Assembly (NCBI GenBank): GCA_964187785.1
Contig: OZ076409.1
Coordinates: 11,410,001-11,474,000, forward strand
Source of the DNA: Amphiscolops sp. MND2022
Lineage: Eukaryota
Direction: 5' to 3'
DNA: 64,000 nt
The notes under the pieces are model-generated. The model was not told the DNA's origin and ran no database searches. It worked only from the letters and a program-made list of their open reading frames with translations. Of this stretch, positions 1 through 12,719 are shown one piece after another. The translations under genes were made by a program, and so were the position numbers. Within the stretch, counting starts at the first letter, position 1, and each line of letters begins with the position of its first letter.

Positions 1-2
1 TT

Positions 3-98
3 AAATTGGATGACACCACGGTCACCGATAAGCCCACCAGCCAAGAAGACGCGAAAAATAAACAAACCACATCCATTTTAAAGAATCCAAAAAACTAG
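3..98 (+). CDS. gag: C-terminal end of Gag of element A (...TSILKNPKN*) with A-AAA-AAC slippery heptamer at 89-95
   Basis: Frame ends CCA AAA AAC TAG, the same PKN* ending as the reconstructed Gag of element B, just upstream of pol. Confidence 0.65.
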   Translation, partial: KLDDTTVTDKPTSQEDAKNKQTTSILKNPKN

Positions 99-3000
99 AT
101 TTGCCACGATTCTAAATAAATGGAAAACTCCGTGTACGACAATACATAATATCTGACCCTTCAAACGTCTATTACACCGAATACTATACAGCTCTCAAAG
201 AAACTTCATCAGCTGACTGGCAGCAGCAGATGAAAACTTCACCTAATTTTCTTACCACTCTGGACCCTATGTCCAACAGACTACAAACGGATACTTCAAT
301 GATACGACTTATACTCTTATTGATGACTATAACCCATACTACTCTGATCCTGACTATAGTTTTGACCCCTATTGGGACGTCAATTGCTACAATCAACATC
401 ATCTATATTTCTACCGTAATTTCAACAAACCGAGCCACAACATAGAACTAGATTCCAATGACATTGACCAAGCCTTGAATATGGTCCTTGCTAAAGCCCG
501 AGTGGACCCTTGGCAACATGGCACCCACCCCATTCATCACACGACCCACCCCATTGATGACGACGAACTTCACCGTGTGGGACCACAGGTCTCTCTGGCT
601 TCAGCAGTTACTGCACGTTTCGTGAACACCCTAATCACAAGAACAGGCGAACCAGACTATGTACCGCTGACAACCAATCTCGGTTTCAAATATAAACGAC
701 GAATGCTCTATTTTCCGATGGATTTCGGCGAACTAACATTAGATGGCCTTGTAGACACGGGAGCGCTATATAGTGCAATCCCAGAAGCTGATCTACGTAA
801 AATCCGATTACTAGCCCCTCAGTCCATTGTGAAAGAGGGCCCGGCCCCCAACTTCTAAATCATGGTTGCTAATGGGCAGCTGGAGACTCCAAAGGGCACC
901 GTCGAATTGAAGTTTGGAGTCGGCGATATTGAATTTCACGAAATATTCATAGGCATGGAAAAACTCACCAGTCCTTTGATTGGTCTTTTGTTCCTTCAAC
1001 GGAACAACACAATTCTGGATATGAGACAAGGAGTCCTGAATTTCCCCTTCTTTTCGATGCAATTAAAAACTGCAGACCACAAATACACTAACGTTATGGA
1101 ACCCATTTGCATTAGGGAGGATGTAACTATCCCACCTAATGGCCGACACTCGGTCCTCATGACTTCACAACTGTACGAGAATACTACAGTTACTGGGATC
1201 CTTCAACCAAGCAACAATCTTACAGACGATGGCGATATTGCCTTCTGCGCTGCTTTAGTCACCCTGACCAATGGTCAGGTATCGGTTCACCTGAACAAAT
1301 TCACTGACAGTCCATACACGCTCAAAAGGGGTACACAAGTAGCTAATTTCACTGTCCTAACACCAGAGCAGATGAAATACGTTAAACCTATCGACCCGGT
1401 GAACACCTGGCATCTCTTACAGGACAACCCTGAAAAGGCTGCTTACTATGCAAGTAGCTTGATTAAATCCACCAAACCTGAGGACTTCAAGGAAAACTAT
1501 TGGTTTCCAACGCCAGAGGACCCTGGGGACCCTCAGCATCACACTCCAATCCAGAAAAGGATTTTATCAGAACTGATCAACCTCCAGGAATTAGAAAAAC
1601 TCAATCCTCAGGACGACCCTGAGTCGAGACGTCAATTCTTATCCAACTTCGACTGGACTGACTCTATGCTCCAACCGGCTGAAATAGCTCGCATAGAGGA
1701 CCTACTTGTCGAATTTCACGATATTTTCGCTAGGCATCGCTTCGACATAGGCATGAACGAGGACTTCAAGGTCAAACTAACCCCGAAAGATGATTCTCCG
1801 GCCTATAGTCAAAGTTTGCCAACGCCCATAAATCTCAAGGAGGATATCCTTGTAGAATTGGCCCTACTGCATCGCTATGGGATAATTACAACACTACCAT
1901 TCTCCAAATACGCGAGTCCCATTTTTGCACAAAAGAAACCCAATGGCAAACTGAGACTTCTAGTTGACTTGCGCAAAATTAACAACCTGATCTCGGATGA
2001 CTATATTAACAATAATCATCCAGTGAGTACACTTACTGATGCAGCCCAACACATGGCTGGGAAAAAGCTATTCTGTAAGTTGGACTGTTCGCAAGCTTAC
2101 CATTGCCTACAAATGGCGGACCAACGGTCCATTGAAATGCTTGCTTTCAATTTTGCCAGCAGAACTTTCGCGTACAGAAGATTGGCTCAGGGTCTCAGCA
2201 GAGCCCTATCGGCCTTCTCTCGTTTCATGCGCGAATACTTGGATAAAGTAATCAAAGCAGACCAATGCGCCCAATATGTTGATGATATTGGCATTGCTGC
2301 TAACGATGCTGAACAACTCATCAACAACCTGAGGGCCACATTCCAATGCATACAAAAAGCTGGCCTCAAGCTTACGATGCATAAATGCCATTTTGGCGCA
2401 ACGGAAATCGACTTTCTGGGACGCACCATCACCCCTGCTGAAGTGAAGCCACAGAGACCACGGGTCCAAAATTTCCTAGAAAATACGAAATTCCCGAAAT
2501 CCAAGAAAACACTACAGCGGTACTTGGGATTTTTGAACTATTACCGGAACTACATCCCAAGACTATCAGAAAAACTAACGCCGTTTTTCAAACTGCTTAC
2601 TAAAGATGAAAAAGTCATGGTAACACCGGACCTATTGGAAAAATTTACCGAGATAAACAAGGCTCTTGATCGATGCTGCGAACTAGCACTCAAACAACCC
2701 TTACCGAACAAGCAAATAGCCCTTATGACCGATGCCAGCTTCTCGGCCGCAGGGTACGCAGTTCTCATCTATACAGAGGATGACGATGAGACAGAAGAAC
2801 AGATTTTACAACGGAAAAAAGACGCTAGGGACAATCCAACGAACCAATTACCTGACATCTCATTCGAAAAATTTACTACACACAAAAGTGATTACCACAA
2901 ACTTTCTACACTCCAAAAACTCTCATATACGAACTCTATAGCAGTAGAGCAAAACAATGACGTCATTTTACAGCAATTGCGCCTCAAAATATTGAAGGAA

Positions 3001-4676
3001 AGCTATTCCGAGACCATTCTAGTCCAAGACACACGCTACCAACATTACTGTCGCCAAATGGACCGACTGTCCGTCAAAGATGAAATCATTACTAGACAGT
3101 ATTTTGATGACACAGGAGCTGTCAAGTACAATCAAGTCCTCTTACCAAAACACCTAGTCCAAGAACTACTTGAATCCCTACATGGCAAAGCTAATAAACA
3201 TCCAGGAATATCCAAAATGCTCATAGAAATTCGCCAAAAATACTACTATCCTGGCATTGCAAAAATTGTTAAAAAATGGGTGCAAGGCTGTGAAACCTGC
3301 ATAAAAGATAAACGAATCCCCATTTCAACCATCACGCCCGAATTGTTAAACTTGCCTGAGTGGGACTTAAGTCCAGAGGATGCAATGCAAATTGATTTGT
3401 TACCAAACCTGCCCCCCAGTGGAGGTTACGAAAATATCATAACTGCAATGAACGTAGTTTCTAGATATCTCTTTGCATATCCTGTTACTGATGCTTCGGC
3501 CACAAACACGGCTAAGGTTATTATAGACATAATGACCAAACATACTTACTTGCCTACCACCTTGATCACTGACAAAGGGACGGCCTTTACGTCCAAATTA
3601 GTTGCTGAAGTAGCTCAAATTTTGGGAATCCAAATAAAATGCGCAACTACAAAACATCCGCAAACAATTGGCAAATTAGAGCGTACTCATGCTAGTCTTA
3701 AAAGAAATCTCAAGATGACCTCAGGGGACTACAGGCGACAGTGGCACAAATACTTGCCATTAGCCGTACTGAATTACAATACGACCTATCACGCCACCCT
3801 GGGATGTGAACCATCTAGAATTTTCCATGGAAGAATCCCATACAACATTCTCGACCACAAACTGGGCCTTAATCCAAACCCGAAGGTCCCACCGACTACA
3901 GATTTTGCAGATGAATTTCAGCGACGCACGCAAATATTACTAGATTCTACAAAGAAAAACATAATGCAGTCATATTTGAAATACAAGGAATATTACGACC
4001 GAAAGGCAAAAGCAGCTCCTTTGAACGAAAACGATTATTGTTTCATATTACAACCTATAGCCGATCACCAAGGATCGAAAATTCCGTTCCGAGAATATCG
4101 ATGGACAGGACCCTATTTTGTGGAAAGAGTCTTACCGAACGAAAACTACATAGTTCGAAAACTTAATTCCAACAAAACACAAATTTTGCACCGCATCAGA
4201 CTACGCAAATACGAACCGCACACCGTCCTACAGGATATCAGGCCAGAAGGAAACCTACAACCGGACGATGAAATTATTATTCCACAGGACGACTTGTATG
4301 TTATTACTTGGGAAACCAATTTTGGAGCATTCCTCGACTCCGATGAAAAAGCCATAACTCCAACACGCCCAAGTGCTGCAGACACTTCTACTGGTCTAGC
4401 GGATGACGCTAGTACGCCAGACGAAAATTTCACCGATGTGGACCTCTGGTCTACTGAGCCACACGAAAAGAACGACTCTGATATGCCTGAACAAACACGT
4501 TCAGACAGCATGTATGAACCCATTGATGATCAACAATCACGCCGAGCGATACTGTCGTGCCCGAAGTATTAGATGATGAAAACGATATGATTGTAGAAAA
4601 TGAAAGCCCTAGGGGAGGGAAATATAACCTACGTCCTAACCCCACCCCCAACTTCACTGATGAATACAGATACTAG
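95..4676 (+). pseudogene. pol: pol of element A (protease, dUTPase-like segment, RT, truncated RNase H, integrase), disrupted
   Basis: LVDTGA protease; YVDD RT; TDAS RNase H start; HGKANKH...CETC, D..D..E and GPYF integrase. Lesions: stop at 856-858, stop and frameshift upstream of 475, in-frame loss of ~150 aa at ~2769 relative to B, and a frameshift near 4545 before the conserved YNLRPNP tail (stop 4674-4676). Confidence 0.93.
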
Positions 4677-4858
4677 TCAGATGTTTGAATTACAGCCCCC
4701 GCTACTAACTAATAAATACGAGTATTTTCTCGGGACTTGTCTGACTGATAGATTAACAGTATAATCAACAAGAGAAACCAAAAATGTAAAGAACAAATTA
4801 ATGACAGTAAGTTTATATGAACAAGTAATGAGTAAATACAATTGTACTCTATGTACAA

Positions 4859-7800
4859 TTAGGATTTACTAGTGCCGGCTTGGAGGGAGCCAGTAGAGGA
4901 AGATCGATCTCGACTTGAAGTCTGGTAGCGTCCACGCTTCTTGCCTCGAGCATAATGGATGCTCTTTGGGGACTCCATTGGGACTGTATCGCGGAATGCA
5001 GGTTGGGCCTGGAGGTCTCGCTGACATGACCCAGTTGGATCCAATTTCTTGAGGATAACGGCACGATCGAAGAAGTTGACGCTCAACCAAGGGCAATAAA
5101 CGTCACTAAGGGCAGAGTTCCCAAAACTGGGCTCCAAAGCGAGGAATTTAGAGACAGGTTCTTCTCTGGTCATAACCTCAACACCCTGCGCCACGTTAGC
5201 AAAATATGATTGTACAAAACGGATCAAGTCTGTTAATTGGCTAGTCGGGTCGTCAGAGTTGACATTCCAGAACTTAACAGCTGGCAACTGGAGAAACGGC
5301 ACATCGAGGCATAGACAACTTAGCCTAAACAGTTTGTAAAGGAGAGGTCGAGTCTGCAAAGATTCTTGTTTCATCAAGAAATCAACGGTATCTGCTATGA
5401 AGAGGGTAGGTTGGCTCATTCCAGAGTACTGCTGTCGCATAGAATCTACGAAGGTCACGTACTCTTCATAACAAGGTGTCTCTTCTGTAGAGTCGTAATA
5501 CCCGCGTAGTCGGAAGCTCGTAAAAAGTTGACGTAGACAGTACGTACCAAGCTCTGGAGGGTCAACTAAAAGTGTACTGAGGTCAAAAGCACCCAGACCT
5601 TTGACTATACCTGATGTAAGGCCTTTGAGACCTTGTGTCTTCCTGGATAAGTAGACCAGGTAACTTCGTGCAGACCGAGCAAACTCTTCTTTCACGAGAG
5701 GAATCACCTCCTTTACTGAAACACCTTCATGTTTCTTGTCATGCTTTTCACGATCAGCACGGATTTTGCAAGCTAGGTTTAGTTTGGCTCCAAATTTCAT
5801 TCGCTCCAGAAACTCAGTGACGTTAAGTGCCTTCGCATCAGCAATGGAGACATCCAGGATCTTGGTGAAACTGCCCTCGGTTGGCACGTTTTTTGGATTG
5901 ACGCAGCGTCTTCCAAGCGCCATTAGGAACAGACAAAGCTCACGAAAACAGTAGAAGGACCTATCACGGCGTCCACCAAGGCTGACTGTAAAACTGCTTA
6001 CGTCTAAAAAACATAAAGCTGTAATTCAATGGAACTGACACAGGTCCGGCAGAAGACAAGAATGCAGCTAACAATCACGGATAATTTTGCAGAAAAGGTC
6101 AAGACGAGTAGTGAACATTTCGTCATGGACGATAGACCATTCGAGGCTCTTTGGCTAAAACAACTAGAGTATGAAATACTGCGATATCTGACTAGAAGTA
6201 CTCGATGCCACACACATACCTGGTTAGCAACTGCATGCATTTCGTGTGGGTATGTATTGGAAGAAAAGTAAGCAGAGATTGAGGCCCAGTTTGATAACAT
6301 ATCGTGGCATAAAGTTGGTAGAGCAGCTACTCCCAACTTGCATGACTTGATGGCCTAAGGAAACAAGTCTACTTAAGACCAGTCCGGAAACAATAAAAGC
6401 CCTAACGAGACAAACTTTACATACCTTGGTAAGTTCAGGAGTGGTCAAGGTCCATTCATGCGAAACACATCCGCCGAGAGAGACTATGAGATATTGCAGT
6501 ACTGAGAAAAAGTCGACTCGGCCAAAGACGCTGTAGCACCTTTTGTTCATGAGGTCTTTCACGGACAGGCAGTCAAATCGGAACGGGCTTTGGACTCCAT
6601 GTTGCAGGAACTTGCAATTGTCCAGCAAACTGACAGTGTCTGGGCTACAACCAAGACAGGCAACAATATCAGGCCTGGTGGAAATGGCCCCGACTATGTG
6701 AACGATTAAGCCCAATTCAGCTGTAGTCTTTCCCTGTCTCAACCCAGCTCGTTTGAGGTACACCCGGACCAACTGTCCACTGTGCCAGAATCGAATGTAC
6801 ATATGGTGGAAGGCTCCTTCTGATTGGAACTCAAGTGTGTAGTATCCACTTGCAACGACTTCACTGCCAATGTTTTCTATTATTTGCAGGAAGAGATGGT
6901 AGAATAGCACCTAGAATGAAAAGACGCGGTCGTTGGAAAATTTTACCTTAGTTGATGTGGTGTATGAAAAATGCCTAGAATGGACTTAATGTCGTATGAG
7001 CCAAAGTTGAATACTTACTGAAAGACGTTCTTTGCCCCAGTTGAAATCAACAAAAAGCGCTTGGTGATTAACAACAACACCAATGTCTTTCCACTATCCT
7101 CGCAGCGCTCTTATGTCTCCAAACGTGGGTAGATAGCGGCCATGAATCGAGATCTGGACTCTCGCCCTGTTGTCAGAGGAAGAGGCCATGTGTTGCGCCC
7201 CAGCCATGAACTCATGGTAGAATGGCAGCTTTTCGCCGATGTCCACAAGTTCAGCGTCAAAAAACAATGGAAGCTCAAGCTCCAGTTGATACGGCGTTAG
7301 GACCTTGCCGTCTTTTCCTCTGACCTGATGTTGAACTGCGTTTGTTAATGGATCAATTGTTGACAGGTGCTCGTATCTCCACCTTTGGTCCTTTTGAAGA
7401 TGTTTTTCAGTAGAGTAGTGACGGAGGATTTCACGTGCCCCTTTGCCATAAGTTGACACGTTGCCCTTGCAAATTTGGCAGTAGAACTTGTACTTGTTCC
7501 ACTTAGGGTCAACTGGTCCTGATACGAAGGTCTTTGTCCAAGCCATGCCTTCAAAGTACTCTTCCTTCATAATCTTGCAAGATCTTGTGACACGTCTGCG
7601 GGTTGTACGAGGCTTACTTGGGACTTTGGTCTTTCGCCCCTTGGACTGCTGGTCTCTCAGTGCTTCTTCCTTTAGGGCTGCCAATGTCTGTGATCCCGGG
7701 CTGGCAACTTGCTGATGTGGCTCAGAAGACGTTGGGTCCATAATCCCAACAGGAAATCCTCTTGGAGGGAGGGAGATGGCAACGATAGAAGGTGGGGTCC

Positions 7801-9220
7801 GTTCATAGGTATACCCTATACTATTGGAGTCGTCATCGCTCCTTAATGCGCCGCTGGTTAAGCTTTCCGCCCTTCCAGTCTCACGATCGGTCATGCTGTC
7901 AGCATCGGAATCGGGAACTGAAGTCCTATTGTAAGGAGCGCTTGAGTTTGATCTGGCTGGCAAGGCAGTGCTTAGATTCAGTCGTCTTGCTCTCTCAATG
8001 AGATCCTCCATCATCGCATATGAAGCTCGGACACTCTCGTCAGCAACAACCCTCAATATGCTCTGCATTTGGTCGGAATTGAGTGCGATAGTAGGGTGTC
8101 CCCTGGGCAGTTCAATGAGACTAGTTTCTTCAAAGTAGTGATTAATGATGGCCCTGCTGGTATTACTTAACCGGTGAACTTCGGGTCCTTTCACGTTCTG
8201 CTCGCATGTCGATTCGTCGGCGTCTTAGCCAGAGGTGATGTCAGTGGGACTAAGGTGCGCCACAGAATGATGAAGTAGAGCGTCTGCAAGTGTCGATCTC
8301 GCTGCCTCGATGGAAGTTGCATTTGATGGTAGTGATAAGTCACTTTCACTCATGTGGCCTTCAAGACACTCAGTCTCAACATCAAACTGGCTAACCTCAG
8401 TTATAAAGACGTCGTCTTCCCCCATCGTGGAATCTTGCCCAGCCCTGTCCTGAGCTTCAGCAACATTAGGTGGACTTGCAGTTTTGACGTTGACAGCCGG
8501 TTTAAGTGGAGAAACTCTACCCCTGCGGAGACGTGGATCGGCAACGTAATTGTGATCTGGATCCAAGAAAGATACTGCTAGAGGCGCAGTACTAGTAGAG
8601 TCTTCATAAGTAGACATGTTCAGTCCAGGAGTGAGCTCCATCGACTCAGACTGACTTCCTTTTGCCCACAGAATAGTGACTTCTTGTACTGGCAGATCAT
8701 ACTCACTTCCGCCAAGTTCTTCCATTCGCCTGGTGAAATAGGTTTGGCAACTCTCTTGGGAACTACCAGACTCTAGTGGGACATCATCTTTATGAGGCTC
8801 ATCGGACTGCCCGGTTGTGGGAGGATCAATCATGTTAGCATCTTCTGCATCATTCGTCTCCATTAACTCTGATTCAAGATTGGCCCCGATCGATAATTGG
8901 ATGCCCACAACTTCCTCTCGCTGGACATTAGCTATTTGCGGCGACGAAGAAGTCAACATCTCTGGCTCGGGCTCATTTGACTTAAGGTCAATTACCAAAT
9001 TTCCCTGGAGGACATCTTCAATCTCAGGAGAATCCAAGATTGGCAGTACGTTTTCTGGCTCACTAGACCTAGCGGGCTCTTGGCCGGCTTGTTGAACTGA
9101 ACTTGGGACATTAGGTTCCAGTCTGTGAGTGCTTTCTCTACAGGATGGTTGGCCATCTTGCTCTTTGTCTAAATGAAAAGAGATAAATTCACGCGGTTCA
9201 CTTCCAGCAAATAAATCCAT
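4859..9220 (-). pseudogene. Antisense spliced accessory gene of element A (zinc finger plus hAT-like body, ~1350 codons, two premature stops)
   Basis: Exons 9220-7019, 6910-6425, 6354-6220, 6154-6073 and 6003-4859 are joined by GT-AG introns of 108, 70, 65 and 69 bp that keep the frame. In-frame stops at 8225-8227 and 7094-7096. CQIC-x16-H-x5-H finger at 7400-7480. Aligns with the antisense gene of B. Confidence 0.82.
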
Positions 9221-10385
9221 CTTGCCGCTATTTTGAAAATCTTCCGGAAGTAAGTTTGAACAATGTTTCCTTATGAAAACATTTCACGATGGAGGAAGTA
9301 CTTTAGCTTAATCTGAACCCTGATCAAGTTTAGCTTAAGCAAACATTTCAAAAAACCAACCTGACGTTACTTCCATGACGGGAGAACGGAAATTTCAGTC
9401 CTGAAAGGAAAAATTTGTCTTGAAGTCTGCTTAGGGAAATAGAGCTGGCTGTAAAGTTTGTCAGGAAGACCTGAAGACGGATGTGCTGTATGGACGATCC
9501 AGTGGAAAGGCTTACCACGGGAGCGGGGAGTTGGATCCATAGAAGAGGATAATGTAACGGAATGACCAATTCAATTGAATGTTAGAATGAAGGTGTGTAT
9601 GGAACAATTCGGGAGATTGATCCGAATAATGAGTTGTACCCAAAGTTCAAAGATTGACTACAAACAGACACAAATATGATGTTATGCATTTTATTGACTC
9701 ACTACACAAGTACTGTACCATTGTCACTAACCGACTCTACATGAAATACTCACCACTTACGACTTACAATAACTATGATTGAAAGGACGTCGTGGCTAAA
9801 ATCACTTTCATTACCTGTTAACTAAAATACAATAGATGCGACCAGATATACTTTGCCTTTCATGTCTGGAACCTGCCAGTGACATTCATGAAATTTATTT
9901 TGTTTCAATTCATTTCATTTCATCATACTCACTTTATTATTTCATGTTGCCAATCATTTAATTATCACCATAATTATTCATGGCTTCTTATTGGTTACTT
10001 CAGCGGTGACGCTCAGCGGACCACCGGTCTTTATTGATCTCAATGTTTACTTGTTGTTATGAATGAATAACACTTTCATTCACCATTACATCTTAATGAA
10101 GTGTTAAACAAATAAACTGAGGGCTACTTGAAAGCGAATTAACTAAAGGCGACTTCCATTCAGGGAAGGAACTAGAATAAGTCTTTCTTAAAATGGAAAA
10201 GTTTGTGATAAATTTAGGAAAATGCGCAAAAATTTTCCTCTCCTAATATTTTCCCGCGACCCTGAGGATTTGGGGTCGGCCAGTCGAGAACAATTCATTC
10301 GATTAAACCTTGTCAGAGCGATACAGTTGTTTCATATCTTCTCGAGATTGCTAAGAAAATACTCTTACAAAGATTCAATATTGAA

Positions 10386-11198
10386 ATGAATTTGCAGTTC
10401 AACTTAGAGGCACTAACTACACCGGCGATAAGTCCTAGTTATTTTTCCTCGAATGAGGATATGGACGTTGATATAGAATCCGTTGACGCAATCGGTGAAC
10501 CGTCAGGTGATAGTGACATCGAGGTCATTGCTTGCTACCGACATGTCCCGGTCCCCGAACAAGGATCAGTAGCGGGACGGCAGATGACAACTGAACTGTC
10601 TGATTGTACGGGCAGCGAGTTCCCACCTTTTCCTTGGGACGACTTCGAAGACATGCTGAGACTGACTGAGGATCAAGTGGACCCGCTAGACAGAGGAGCT
10701 GGTCCTAGTGGCGCCGCTCAGACCGGAAGTCCCCCGATTAAACATTGTGGAAGTCTCACACCCTTAGTAGATACTCCTCTCTCGCCCCCACCACACGAAC
10801 GCGGTCCGACTTATGGTCCCTGTGGCGATAACTTGCCCCCGTAGCTTGATCAACCGTTACCTCTGAGTTCACATACACAAGGGATCAGCGTAAGAATGGC
10901 CTCCCATTGTGGACAGCCTAATACAGCGACATATGGAGATTGCATAGTGTGTGGGCGAAGCTATGAGCAGATAAAGGAAACTGCAGTTTTAGATTATCTT
11001 GAGAATACTACTAATCTGCACGAAACTTATGGCGAACGATTGAAAAGGAGAGCAGCCTACTTAGCAGGAATGGACCAAGGCACTGTACTTTTCGTCCCTA
11101 GGAAACTGTCGCAGGCGGCCGCCTGCGACGGCAACTATTATCAAACACTAGTGGACGGAGATAACACCAACCCACCGCCAGGTGTTTTGCCAATTTAG
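10386..11198 (+). pseudogene. 3' sense accessory ORF of element A (~270 codons, one internal stop) running into the 3' LTR
   Basis: ORFs 10386-10844 and 10896-11198 are in the same frame, separated by one TAG at 10842-10844. Acidic/Pro-rich N-terminal half and a CxxC motif. The last ~30 codons lie in the inferred LTR, and the YYQ...TNPPP tail recurs in the solo LTR at ~53290-53345. Confidence 0.7.
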
Positions 11199-12705
11199 AA
11201 CATATTAGACTTTTGGCCTATTTAGCCACACCCAAAAACTAATGTTAGTACGGAAAACTTGGTTAATATTATGTTTTAGTTGAATAATATTTCATTTTGT
11301 GCCCGATTGGAACTGTTGCTAATTGTTTTGTAATTGGCAGTGTAAAGTTGATAACAGCTGTAAAATGCAATTAATTTGCTAGCAATCGGTACAAGGAAAC
11401 GTGTTCAAATACTTATTTGGTCTCGCTCAGCGTACACTCGGTCCAAATAGTATTAACCAATCACAGTGCTTCATTTGTGCTATACTTGTGCTTATTTTAC
11501 TGCCGCCGCAAAGACTTTCAGTCCAAAGCGGAATTAATCACGTGACCTAACCATGTACTGCAATTTGAGCGCTGTTGATGAAGTCAAATAGACTTGTAGT
11601 ACAATTTATTAGAATGCTACTATTATCCATTCATGTAGTGTTGCTGTTTAGTTAGAAGCATGTAAATAGCATATTTAAAGTTAGAGAAATTTCACAATAC
11701 CAATGTTAGTAAACTGTTAATCTGATTCAATCTCGCTTAGCCGCTTCCCTTTGATGCTATTTTTATCATATAATCATGATGAAATGATGACGTAATGTCG
11801 CTAGACTTGCCCTAAAACCCCATAAAGTGCTATTTTTAGAAGCATGACACGCATAATTTTGCGTGTCACTCTGACCAAGCTATAAATAGCAGGGACACTG
11901 AGGTGCAGGGACAATTCTTTTGATGAACAAGATACAATTCAGTTGATACTACATTTGGTATACGCAGTATTGAGTTCTGTTAACTCAGTTAACGTTCTGT
12001 TGATTGGAATAATTTTGTTTGTGACGATACACAATTGACCTTAAAATCACGCAATCTTCTCAATGCCTTCAACAAGAAAGCAAAAGGCTAAAGAGAGACG
12101 CTCAAGGCAGTTAGACATGCTGTCCGACGCAGAAAATGTTGACATAATGCTAGGGAGTTACTCTAGAGATGATGAAGAGAACAATGTTAGCGAAAATGAT
12201 GTGAATTTAGACTCAGGGTCTAGTAGACCGCAACAAAGTACGAATATCATAGGGGAAAATTTTAGGTCTTTACTTAATACCAACAGTAGAGAAAACAGCG
12301 AAATTACCATAGAAACAACTACATTGATCAACGATGAAATTTCTAGCCAATTGAGTAGGAAGCTCAATGAGATTAAAACAAGCCTGAATTCTCAGATACA
12401 AAACGCAATTTCAGCTGTAATTACTAATACAGTGCTTCCCTCCATTCAAAATACCCTTAATATGCAGGGGGAGCCCAATTTTACCATTATGAACCCAAGG
12501 TCCAATGAGCCACAGCAAGGGTTAAAAGCAGCCAGCTCAGCCAGCAAGGACTTAAGGTCTAGTGAGCGACAACAGAACCCCGGAGCTGAAATAACACAGG
12601 AAACCTGGGGAAAACGTTCTAAAACGTCCCCACTAGAAGGAAATCGTAGACACATGTCTAGAGATAGTTCAGAAGATTCGTATAATAGTGAACAAAATCA
12701 CGACA
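11107..12705 (+). repeat. 3' LTR of element A (~1.6 kb)
   Basis: TGTCG...CGACA inverted termini. Collinear similarity with 53277-54923. The left boundary is inferred because the 5' LTR is outside the window. Confidence 0.75.
11881..11890 (+). promoter_or_regulatory. TATA box of LTR A (TATAAATAG), with upstream CCAAT (~11457) and TGACGTAA (~11787) motifs
   Basis: All three motifs occur in the same order in the diverged solo LTR (CCAATCACAG ~53676, TGACGTAA ~53996, TATATATAGTAGGGAC ~54088). The TATA box is ~180 nt upstream of the Gag-like ATG. Confidence 0.6.
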
Positions 12706-12719
12706 ACTTCGTAGACTAG
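12063..12719 (+). CDS. LTR-encoded Gag N-terminal fragment (MPSTRKQKAK...) reading out of the 3' LTR into flanking DNA
   Basis: The open frame runs to the LTR end at 12705 and stops 14 nt later. Homologous to 54282-54923 and positionally equivalent to the LTR-encoded Gag start of B. Confidence 0.75.
   Translation: MPSTRKQKAKERRSRQLDMLSDAENVDIMLGSYSRDDEENNVSENDVNLDSGSSRPQQSTNIIGENFRSLLNTNSRENSEITIETTTLINDEISSQLSRKLNEIKTSLNSQIQNAISAVITNTVLPSIQNTLNMQGEPNFTIMNPRSNEPQQGLKAASSASKDLRSSERQQNPGAEITQETWGKRSKTSPLEGNRRHMSRDSSEDSYNSEQNHDNFVD

Larger units (their letters stand above)
1..12705 (+). mobile_element. Large Ty3/Gypsy LTR retrotransposon, element A (5' part outside window, decayed)
   Basis: In order: end of gag, PR-RT-RH-IN pol, antisense spliced gene, 3' sense ORF, then an LTR-like block ending ...CACGACA at 12705. 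Same layout as complete element B; RT and IN align closely with B. Confidence 0.9.
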
